Assembly (NCBI GenBank): GCA_041664585.1
Contig: JBAYKL010000001.1
Span: forward strand, 123,384 to 187,383
Length of the DNA stretch: 64,000 bases
Reading direction: 5' to 3'
Origin: Minisyncoccota bacterium
GTDB lineage: Bacteria > Patescibacteriota > Minisyncoccia > Phycocordibacterales > GWA1-40-21
This document shows, one piece after another, positions 17,780-25,316 of this stretch. The notes beneath the pieces are model-generated. The model saw only the letters and a list, made by a program, of their open reading frames with translations. It made no database searches and was not told the DNA's origin. Made by a program: the position numbers and the translations under genes. Position 1 is the first letter of the stretch. Each line of letters opens with the position of its first letter.

Positions 17780-19084
17780 TTAATTTCTTCCTAAAATTGC
17801 ATCCAGAGTATTCTGTCTCACAACAATCCTAGCTGGTATATATCCGGCGATTATTGTAGCAATAATAAGTAATATGGCCCTAACAGCAACACCAGTAGGT
17901 GTAGCAACGAGAATTCCATCGCTAAATGGAAAATCTATAGGATTAGCAACAAAATATGGCTGTATTACAAAAAATACGAGTAAGCAACCAATAGCAGTTC
18001 CTATTACAGCATAAAATATAGCTTGTAAGACATAGGCCGTTTTTATAACACTTGATTCTATACCTATACCCTTCAAAATACCGATAAATTTTCTTCTGGT
18101 AATCGCATTGATATATATAACAATAAAAATTGTTATGGAGGCAACAACAAGTCCTATGCCCCCAACAACATTTCCAAGAATCGCAAAAGTGTTTACGAGG
18201 TCAGTTAAGAATTTTGGTTTACCCTCATCAAAAGTTTGAATTTTTGCGTCTTTGTCTGCACCAGTTCTCTTGATCGCATCTCTCACAAATTCTGGTTTAA
18301 TACCTGGTTTTAATTTAACAGCAATTTCATTTACATTATAATCAGTCTTTCCAGCTATAACCCTAAACTGAGATTCTGGAAAGTAAACTCTTCTTGATAT
18401 TTCATCAACCTTACTCTTTATAATACCTTTTATTATAACTTCTCTAGTGTTCCCATTTATAGTAACTCTGACTTTGTCACCAACTTTTGCATCGCTAAGA
18501 GTAGCGAACTCTGTAGACTCAACTGGAAAATATTTTTTTAATAACATAGAACCAATGAGGACCTTGTCATTATCATCAGGTTTTAAATACTCTCCTTCAA
18601 CAAGATACTTCGATAAACCAGTAACTTTATCTTCTGCAATGACATCTATTCCTGTAATTGAAGTAGCAACTTCATCTGTCACATCGGTTTGTTTTATCTT
18701 TTCTTTGTAATTTGCCTCTATTTTACCTCTTGTAATATATCTGGCAGTAAGGCCTTCTACCCAAGGCATTGCTTCTACTGTTTTTATAATTTGAGGACTA
18801 TGTTCTACAACATCTTTATTTTTAAGAGGAGAAATAGCAATATCACTAATATAAAGAGTCTTAACAGCATCCGTGGCACCTTGTATAAGCCCGACTAAAA
18901 TACCACTAACAACAACAAGATTCAAAAAAGTAAGAACCATTACAAAGATTATAAGAATAGTAGTCGCTGGACTGCTTCTTTTTATTTGCCTGTAAGCCAA
19001 AAAAGAACCGATTTTAAAATCTTCTAAAATTCGATTTTTATTTTTTTTACTATTACGTTCTTTTTCTTCGGACGTAAGGATCAT
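17780..19084 (-). CDS. ABC transporter permease, FtsX/MacB-like.
   Basis: One transmembrane helix, a large extracytoplasmic domain, and three C-terminal transmembrane helices typical of the FtsX fold. Confidence 0.85.
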   Translation of the reverse strand: MILTSEEKERNSKKNKNRILEDFKIGSFLAYRQIKRSSPATTILIIFVMVLTFLNLVVVSGILVGLIQGATDAVKTLYISDIAISPLKNKDVVEHSPQIIKTVEAMPWVEGLTARYITRGKIEANYKEKIKQTDVTDEVATSITGIDVIAEDKVTGLSKYLVEGEYLKPDDNDKVLIGSMLLKKYFPVESTEFATLSDAKVGDKVRVTINGNTREVIIKGIIKSKVDEISRRVYFPESQFRVIAGKTDYNVNEIAVKLKPGIKPEFVRDAIKRTGADKDAKIQTFDEGKPKFLTDLVNTFAILGNVVGGIGLVVASITIFIVIYINAITRRKFIGILKGIGIESSVIKTAYVLQAIFYAVIGTAIGCLLVFFVIQPYFVANPIDFPFSDGILVATPTGVAVRAILLIIATIIAGYIPARIVVRQNTLDAILGRN

Positions 19085-19098
19085 ACTTCAATTATACA

Positions 19099-19815
19099 CT
19101 AATTTTTATATATAAAAAAATATTCTTCATTTCCATCTCCGCCCTTTATCGGAGAAGTAATCTCACCCTTTAATCTTAATCCTAAATCTTCAGAAAATCT
19201 CTTTATTTTTTCTAAAACTAATTTTTTTGCTTTTTCATCTTTCACAATACCACCCTTACCGATATTTTCTTTCCCTACTTCAAACTGCGGCTTAACAAGA
19301 ACAATTACTTCGCCGCCTTCTTTTAATAATTTAATAATGCTAGGTAAAACCAGTTCTAATGAAATAAAAGAAACATCTACTACAGCCAAATCTACTTTTT
19401 CTGAAAGTTCTGCTTTTCTAATATCTGTTTTTTCTAATGATATTACCTTATTGTTATTTCTTAGTTTTTCTACAAGCTGACCAGTTCCTACATCTATTGC
19501 ATAAACCCTTTTTGCACCATTTTGTAAAAGAAAATCTGTAAAACCACCAGTAGATGATCCGACGTCTACGGCGACTTTGTCTTTAATGTCAAAATTAAAC
19601 TCTTTATGTGCACCCTCTAATTTCAATCCGGCACGGCTGACATATTTCAATACTTCTGTAATTTCTATCTTTTCATTACCAACAAATTCTTTACTTGGTT
19701 TGTTTATGACAACACTATCAACAATAACTTTCCCTTCTTTTATAAGGTCAGAAGCTTTCTTCCTACTATCCACCAAACCAAGTTCAAAAAGTAATATATC
19801 TAAACGTTTTTTCAT
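19099..19815 (-). CDS. tlyA: TlyA-family rRNA 2'-O-methyltransferase (S4 plus FtsJ domains).
   Basis: RLDILLFELGL S4 N-terminus and the VDVGSSTGGFTD SAM motif. Start at MKKRLD (19815). Confidence 0.85.
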   Translation of the reverse strand: MKKRLDILLFELGLVDSRKKASDLIKEGKVIVDSVVINKPSKEFVGNEKIEITEVLKYVSRAGLKLEGAHKEFNFDIKDKVAVDVGSSTGGFTDFLLQNGAKRVYAIDVGTGQLVEKLRNNNKVISLEKTDIRKAELSEKVDLAVVDVSFISLELVLPSIIKLLKEGGEVIVLVKPQFEVGKENIGKGGIVKDEKAKKLVLEKIKRFSEDLGLRLKGEITSPIKGGDGNEEYFFIYKN

Positions 19816-19816
19816 T

Positions 19817-20539
19817 TTATAAACCAGAAATTTTTGTAACAATATAAATAAGAGTAATACCTAAGACTGTGGAAACTGTTGTCCAAATCTTTGGATGTTT
19901 ATGATGGCTTTCTGGAAGCAAATCACTAGCACCAATATACAAGAAGAATCCACAAAATAATGCTACTAGTAAAGAAAGCGATGTTTCCTCTAAAGAAAAT
20001 AATGTTGATAAAATAATACCGGTGATTGGTGCTACAGCACCAATCAAAAGCCATTTTCTAGCCAATGATATGCTTCCGCCCACACGAGTAATCATATTTG
20101 TAACATTAATACCATCAGAAAAAGCATGCACAATAATAGCGGCAGCTATTGCAATACCAAGTTCCGTAGATACTTGAAACGATAAACCAACGATAAGACC
20201 ATCCATCAAACTGTGGAGAGACAAACTAGCTGCACCAAGAATACCTTTATGTGAATGGTTCTCACAATGTCCATCGTGATGACTGTGGGGTGCGACCCAT
20301 CTATCTAAAATCATATATGATAAAAATCCAATGGCTACAATAAAAGAAATAAATCCAGCATCATATTTTTCTAACCCGAGCTCAAAAGACTCTGGCAGCA
20401 AATCAAAAAAAGCAATACCAATAACAGACCCGGCAGAAAAGCCAAGTATCAAGTGAAGTTTGTCTTTAAACTTTAAAGCAAAAAGCCCACCTAATGCAAC
20501 TGATAAAAAAATAGCAAAAGCTGTAATTGTGAGAATCAT
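19817..20539 (-). CDS. ZIP-family divalent metal transporter (ZupT-like).
   Basis: His-rich loop HSHHDGHCENHSHKG and the HAFSDG signature helix. Confidence 0.85.
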   Translation of the reverse strand: MILTITAFAIFLSVALGGLFALKFKDKLHLILGFSAGSVIGIAFFDLLPESFELGLEKYDAGFISFIVAIGFLSYMILDRWVAPHSHHDGHCENHSHKGILGAASLSLHSLMDGLIVGLSFQVSTELGIAIAAAIIVHAFSDGINVTNMITRVGGSISLARKWLLIGAVAPITGIILSTLFSLEETSLSLLVALFCGFFLYIGASDLLPESHHKHPKIWTTVSTVLGITLIYIVTKISGL

Positions 20540-20541
20540 AA

Positions 20542-20757
20542 TTATTTTCCACCACCCATAAGACTAGTCCAATTATCATCACGATCTCCAACGGGGACCA
20601 TTTCTATTGGCTTCTCTTGGGCTACTGTTTTCGTTTCTAATCCTTCACCATTCTTTTGTCTTTCTAAATATTCTGAAATAGCAATTTTCCCTCTTTCACA
20701 AAATTCGCATAATCCAGCATCTCCACAATATTGGCATTCCGTTCTTTCGAAATTCAT
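20542..20757 (-). CDS. Small zinc-ribbon protein (CxxC...CxxC), hypothetical.
   Basis: CQYCGDAGLCEFCERG. The stop is 2 nt from the ZIP start. Confidence 0.45.
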   Translation of the reverse strand: MNFERTECQYCGDAGLCEFCERGKIAISEYLERQKNGEGLETKTVAQEKPIEMVPVGDRDDNWTSLMGGGK

Positions 20758-20769
20758 AATTAAATAAAA

Positions 20770-21174
20770 TTAACCGTTAATAAAAATGTCATATTTTTTG
20801 TCCTCCACAGCTATATGGTTTAGCCACCACTGACCTATATATGTTTCCACTTCTAGAATCAACTCCCCCGCAGGTACTCCAGATTTTAGTTTATCTTTAA
20901 ATAAATTATATTTATTTATAAAATCCTCATGCATCTTTCTATGATTATAAAATTCGGGATAATTATTTTTAATCATATAACCTTCTTCATAAGTTAGGTG
21001 CCCATGAATATATTCGTCAAAGAAGAATATAGCATCCTCTACATCTTTTGTCTTTACTCCCTTCAATATAGCAGCGATAACTGTATTAACTTGAGAAAGA
21101 AGCTTTTTATGTTGAATATCAATTACACCCTCATGAACAGACAACTCTGGTTTCCACTCAAAATTAAATGACAT
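20770..21174 (-). CDS. Hemerythrin-like metal-binding protein.
   Basis: His/Glu spacing typical of the HHE cation-binding domain: IDIQHKK...HGHLTYEE...HRKMHEDF...LNHIAVED. Confidence 0.75.
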   Translation of the reverse strand: MSFNFEWKPELSVHEGVIDIQHKKLLSQVNTVIAAILKGVKTKDVEDAIFFFDEYIHGHLTYEEGYMIKNNYPEFYNHRKMHEDFINKYNLFKDKLKSGVPAGELILEVETYIGQWWLNHIAVEDKKYDIFING

Positions 21175-21276
21175 GGTTTTTAATAAATATTAAATTAATA
21201 ATACTCATATTATACTACTTCTAGCTAAAAAAGCATTTGATTAATATAATAAATATGCTAACATATTGACTGTATT

Positions 21277-21352
21277 GGGCCCTTAGCTCATCTGGTAGAG
21301 CACCTCATTTGCAATGAGGGGGTGGCAGGTTCGAGTCCTGTAGGGTCCACCA
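21277..21352 (+). tRNA. tRNA-Ala (anticodon TGC).
   Basis: Cloverleaf folds by hand: acceptor GGGCCCU/AGGGUCC with the G3:U70 alanine identity pair, anticodon loop TTTGCAA, T-loop GGTTCGAGTCC, encoded CCA. Confidence 0.9.
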
Positions 21353-21366
21353 TTGTATAAAAACTT

Positions 21367-21390
21367 AAACCGCTTTATGCGGTTTTTTGT
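21367..21390 (+). terminator. Intrinsic terminator after tRNA-Ala.
   Basis: AACCGC-TTTAT-GCGGTT followed by TTTTTTGTTTTT. Confidence 0.6.
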
Positions 21391-21550
21391 TTTTACAGTG
21401 GTGGGCCCTAAGTAAGCAATGAGTATTGCTTACGTCAGGACTCGAACAGCGGAACCAAATTTTTTCAGTAGAAAAAATAGGTGAGCTGGTGCCCAGACAA
21501 AATTGAGCGACGGCGAAATTTTAGTCGGGGGAGAGATTTCTGTAGTCCAC

Positions 21551-21578
21551 TTGACAAATATATCTGAGGTTCTATAAT
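21551..21578 (+). promoter_or_regulatory. Sigma70 promoter TTGACA...TATAAT with a shared upstream box TGTAGNNCAC.
   Basis: TGTAGTCCACTTGACA, spacer, TATAAT. Paralogous to 21972-22000. Confidence 0.5.
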
Positions 21579-21647
21579 TAATACAGATTTTTATAATAAT
21601 ATATGCATTCAAAACCTTAGAAAGATGTACATTAAAAGGAGTTAATC

Positions 21648-21851
21648 ATGAAATCATACCTTGTACTATATGGCATATTTTGTCGTACTAGCTTTGATAC
21701 TGGTCATAATACTTATCAGAGAACTATTACATGTGAGCCCAGTGATTTACCAACAGAAGTTGCAGAAACAAAGACATCGCTTGAAAATAGACGTCCGCCA
21801 GAAGCTGAGGCTTGGGAAATTACCGTAACTCAGATTGTTCCTTTAAGTTGA
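21648..21851 (+). CDS. Small hypothetical protein (67 aa).
   Basis: AAAGGAG RBS 6 nt upstream of the ATG, its own consensus promoter, and an 8-bp perfect-stem terminator (21869-21900). Confidence 0.35.
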   Translation: MKSYLVLYGIFCRTSFDTGHNTYQRTITCEPSDLPTEVAETKTSLENRRPPEAEAWEITVTQIVPLS

Positions 21852-21868
21852 GGACGCCAGGAACCACT

Positions 21869-21900
21869 ATGCACATTCTTTTTGGGATGTGCATTTTATT
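21869..21900 (+). terminator. Intrinsic terminator.
   Basis: ATGCACAT...ATGTGCAT stem followed by a T-run. Confidence 0.5.
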
Positions 21901-21971
21901 TCCCTAAAATATCCCTCAAAATATTTTAACTCCCTTACTATTTGGTTCGTAAATAAAATGTTGTAGCTCAC

Positions 21972-22000
21972 TTGACAGATAACACTCTATATGCTATACT
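21972..22000 (+). promoter_or_regulatory. Sigma70 promoter TTGACA, 17-nt spacer, TATACT, with the TGTAGNNCAC upstream box.
   Basis: TGTAGCTCACTTGACA, spacer, TATACT. Confidence 0.5.
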
Positions 22001-22081
22001 CTGTAGAGATTTATAAAGTGGGTAAATTACCCAAAACCGTGGTGAGAGCCACAATGTTCATCAAAAGAAAGGGAAACGAAA

Positions 22082-22258
22082 ATGGCAATAAAGATATTTG
22101 CTGAATGTATAGATAGCGAAGAAGAAATTGAAGTCCTTAATAATAAAGTAAATGCTTTTATTCAGGACAAACCGCAAGCCGAAATTCAATGGCTTCAAAG
22201 CTCCGCTGGATCAAGCCATGAAAAAACAACCGTCCTTACATCAATCATCAGATACTAA
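22082..22258 (+). CDS. Cse60-like small protein (58 aa).
   Basis: MAIKIFAECIDSEEEIEVLNNKVNAFIQDKPQAEIQWLQS...TSIIRY follows the Cse60 pattern (I..F.E..E..LE..VN.F....I.I.Y......Y). Below the ORF-track cutoff. Confidence 0.4.
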   Translation: MAIKIFAECIDSEEEIEVLNNKVNAFIQDKPQAEIQWLQSSAGSSHEKTTVLTSIIRY

Positions 22259-22290
22259 TAAGCGATAAAAACGCTTTGAAAGTATCCAGA

Positions 22291-22317
22291 CCGCCCTGCA
22301 ACTTGTAGGGCGGTTTT
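22291..22317. terminator. Bidirectional intrinsic terminator.
   Basis: CCGCCCT-loop-AGGGCGG followed by a T-run. It abuts the ddl stop on the other strand. Confidence 0.55.
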
Positions 22318-22320
22318 ATA

Positions 22321-23289
22321 TTATCTCCCCTTCCTCGCCTCAGTAATCACATGATCTAAAAATTGTGAGAATGAATACCCTATCACCTTAAACGATTTTG
22401 GCAAAAGAGATTCTTTTGTAAGCCCTGGTAATGTATTTACTTCTAAAACATAAACACCTCTTTTAGGATGAACAATAAAATCAGAACGTGAGTAATGTTT
22501 AAGCCCAAGTGCTTTATGCACATTAATTGCCATTTTCTGTATTTCTTCTTTTTCTTTTTGACTAAAAGCTCCTGGGCAAATTTCTTCGGAAATTCCACTG
22601 TATTTTGAATTGAAATCAAAAAATTCAGCCTCTTTTGGTTTACGAATTTCTATGGGCAATAAAGGGTATACATCTAATCCACGAAGATTATCTACAACAC
22701 CACAAGTAGCCTCCTTGCCCTTTATAAATTCTTCTATAATTACAGTATCCGAATGTCTAAGAGCTTCTATAATTCCTTTCTCCATATTAGAAATATTATC
22801 CGCAATACTTACACCTAAAGAAGAACCACTGTTGTTTGGTTTTATAACAACTGGTATTGGGAAAGTCTTAAAAAGTTTTTTAGAAAATTCTAATATATCT
22901 TCTCCAGATTTTATAACTGTATGAATTGGAGACTTAATTCCATTCATTTTAAATACTTCTTTAGAAAGAATTTTATTCATACCAATAGCAGAAGAGAGTG
23001 CCCCAGAACCAGTAAATGGAATCTTGAAATGTTCTAAAAGTTGTTGAACCTTACCATCTTCACCATATGCTCCGTGCATAGCGTTGAAGACAACGTGAGC
23101 GTCGGCGATAACTTTTTCTGGTTTTACAGCTACACCATCAATATGCCAAACACCTTTTTTATCTATATAAACGTCTATAGGAATATATTTTTCTGGAAGA
23201 TTTTCTATTACAGATTTACCAGTCTTTAATGAGACATCGTGTTCACCACTTGGCCCTCCACGCAAAATAGCAACTTTAATTCTTCGCAT
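22321..23289 (-). CDS. ddl: D-alanine--D-alanine ligase.
   Basis: ATP-grasp fold with HGxxGEDG and the C-terminal EVNTLPG motifs. Confidence 0.9.
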   Translation of the reverse strand: MRRIKVAILRGGPSGEHDVSLKTGKSVIENLPEKYIPIDVYIDKKGVWHIDGVAVKPEKVIADAHVVFNAMHGAYGEDGKVQQLLEHFKIPFTGSGALSSAIGMNKILSKEVFKMNGIKSPIHTVIKSGEDILEFSKKLFKTFPIPVVIKPNNSGSSLGVSIADNISNMEKGIIEALRHSDTVIIEEFIKGKEATCGVVDNLRGLDVYPLLPIEIRKPKEAEFFDFNSKYSGISEEICPGAFSQKEKEEIQKMAINVHKALGLKHYSRSDFIVHPKRGVYVLEVNTLPGLTKESLLPKSFKVIGYSFSQFLDHVITEARKGR

Positions 23290-23296
23290 ACCAAAA

Positions 23297-24499
23297 TTAT
23301 ATCATTTTGTTTCTCAAACTTCTATGATATTTGATAGCAAATCTGTGAGCTTCATTGTTTGCCAATAATATTTCATTTGAATATCTAGATGATATTGTTT
23401 TATCACCCATCACAGCCTTAGGTTTATGATATTCATCCTTAAGAACCGAAACCACTGGAATATTTAAGCCAAATTTTTCTAAAACCTTTCTGGCGATGTT
23501 TATTTGTGCTTTCCCTCCATCAACAACAACCACTTGAGGAAAAGACCATTCTTCATGAGTAAACCTTCTTTCTAATACCTCTTTCAAAGCCGCAACATCG
23601 TTTTGTTTACTATTATTAATCTTAAACTTTCTATATTCTTTTTTATTTGGTTCGCCATCCTCCAACACCACCATTACACCGACATTTGCAGACCCACTAA
23701 TGTGAGCGATATCATATGCCTCAATTCTTATTGGATCCTCAATCTTTTTGTATTCTTCCTTAACCAAAGCAACATCTTGAATGTGATTAAGAGCAAAAAT
23801 TGTTTTCTTAATCTTATTAGCTTCTTCAAATCTTTGTTCCATAGCAAAAAAATTCATTTCCTTTTCTAGATTCTTTATTATCTGTGTTTTTTCGCCTTCA
23901 AAAAACAATTTGATGTTTTTAATTATCTTTGAATATTCATTTTTTGAAATTAAACCAGCACAAACACCAGGACAAAGACCTATTTGATAGTTAAAGCATG
24001 GTCTATCTTGTCCTATCTTACACCTATCTCTAAAAGGAAATATTTTACGTATTATTTTTAAAGCTTCTTTTAATTGTGTAGCATTAGGAAAAGGACCAAA
24101 TTTTTCTTTAATTAATAAAGAAAAATTGCTTTCTAAATTTCTTCCTCTCTCTACCAAAACTCTTGGAAACTCTTCTTTTGTGATAACAACATAATTAAAA
24201 CTTTTATTATCTTTTTCTTTCGTGTTGTATTTTGGTTGATACTTTTTTATCAAATTCGCTTCTAGAATAAGCGCCTCCAAAACGGAATCTGTTTTTTCAA
24301 AAGTTACCTTATTTGTCTTAAAAACCATATCAACCAACAGTGGACCCCTTGTGGCAATTAAATCATTAGAAAAATAACTTCTTACCCTATCCTTGAGAGA
24401 GGTCGCCTTACCAATATAAAGGACTTGCTTACCTTTCATAAAAAAGTAAACTCCTGGGGAATCTGGTAATTTTGCTCTATTAAAAACTTGACTATTCAT
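23297..24499 (-). CDS. uvrC: Excinuclease ABC subunit C, short form without the C-terminal HhH domain.
   Basis: GIY-YIG motif (GVYFFMKG...LYIGKA), UvrBC-interaction region, and the RNase H-like endonuclease region with DGGKAQ. Ends with no (HhH)2. Start at MNSQVF (24499). Confidence 0.8.
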   Translation of the reverse strand: MNSQVFNRAKLPDSPGVYFFMKGKQVLYIGKATSLKDRVRSYFSNDLIATRGPLLVDMVFKTNKVTFEKTDSVLEALILEANLIKKYQPKYNTKEKDNKSFNYVVITKEEFPRVLVERGRNLESNFSLLIKEKFGPFPNATQLKEALKIIRKIFPFRDRCKIGQDRPCFNYQIGLCPGVCAGLISKNEYSKIIKNIKLFFEGEKTQIIKNLEKEMNFFAMEQRFEEANKIKKTIFALNHIQDVALVKEEYKKIEDPIRIEAYDIAHISGSANVGVMVVLEDGEPNKKEYRKFKINNSKQNDVAALKEVLERRFTHEEWSFPQVVVVDGGKAQINIARKVLEKFGLNIPVVSVLKDEYHKPKAVMGDKTISSRYSNEILLANNEAHRFAIKYHRSLRNKMI

Positions 24500-24562
24500 A
24501 TAATGTAATATAATATAATTTTCAGATTTATACAAATTGTACACTAACAACGGGAGGAAAAG

Positions 24563-24970
24563 ATGTTTGGAGAAATCGTGTTTGTAAATAATCGGGCAGC
24601 AATTTTCGTACTTTGCTTCATCGTACCGGTCTTCTTAATTTTTCTGTTCAAATGTAACCGAACAGAAAAAAGAAACGAGAAATTAAAAAAGGATGCCGAA
24701 GATGCAAGAGGTAAAGCGGCCGTAGCAGAAGAAGTTATCCAACACGGCGGTGAATATGAATTCAAAGAAGTTTTTACAGAATACGGTTCAATGTTTTTTG
24801 TAGTAGTCATCAAAGACTTGCGAAAAATAAAATTTTGCTACATAGCGAATACAAAAAAGTGGAGAACGGGTGATACCTACGGATTAAAACCCGAAAAGGG
24901 AGTCATCTACAGAGCCGATATTCAAGACAATGTAATCCATCTAAATAGGAAAGAAGGGAGCAGACATTGA
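24563..24970 (+). CDS. Hypothetical membrane-anchored protein.
   Basis: GGGAGG RBS. One transmembrane helix, then a charged helix, then a globular part. Confidence 0.4.
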   Translation: MFGEIVFVNNRAAIFVLCFIVPVFLIFLFKCNRTEKRNEKLKKDAEDARGKAAVAEEVIQHGGEYEFKEVFTEYGSMFFVVVIKDLRKIKFCYIANTKKWRTGDTYGLKPEKGVIYRADIQDNVIHLNRKEGSRH

Positions 24971-25278
24971 ACAAACGTCTAAAAAAGAAACGTTCCAAAC
25001 CACCACCTACAGAAACACAAGGAATAGTTGTGGTACCAGCAGAAGATTTTCTAGAAAGCGGAGTAGACTCTTATTTCGTAAGAATGAAATCTGAAAATGA
25101 AAACGACTGCATCTACACTATTCGTAAGGATGGTGAAAAAGAAGGGACTCTTTGTCGAATTGACAGGATTGTAAATTGGTCTATCGACAAGCTCACAGGA
25201 GTACCTCCAAAAACAGGCGTATATAAAGTCCGGAAAAATGGGAGAAGGATAACACTCTCAAAATTCAGACTGCGATAA
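24967..25278 (+). CDS. Hypothetical protein, apparent TTG start overlapping the upstream stop (ATTGA).
   Basis: The ORF is in frame from the TTG at 24967 and is translationally coupled. No recognisable domain. Confidence 0.35.
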   Translation: MNKRLKKKRSKPPPTETQGIVVVPAEDFLESGVDSYFVRMKSENENDCIYTIRKDGEKEGTLCRIDRIVNWSIDKLTGVPPKTGVYKVRKNGRRITLSKFRLR

Positions 25279-25283
25279 ACGCA

Positions 25284-25316
25284 AAAACCGCTCATCGAAC
25301 GAGCGGTTTTTTATTT
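25284..25316. terminator. Bidirectional intrinsic terminator.
   Basis: AAACCGCTC-ATCGAAC-GAGCGGTTT followed by TTTTATTTT. It overlaps the uvrA stop. Confidence 0.6.

Noticed and set aside
21261-21276. TTGACT immediately upstream of tRNA-Ala as its -35 box.
   Set aside because: It is only 5 nt from the mature tRNA 5' end, which is too close for a functional -35 unless transcription starts inside the tRNA. It may be part of the repeated ACATATTGACT module or an upstream element; the tRNA promoter itself is unresolved.
21430-21612. 60-aa minus-strand ORF in the tRNA-Ala island.
   Set aside because: It has no RBS, overlaps a promoter and hairpin-rich region, and has an implausible composition. 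The region is more likely non-coding.
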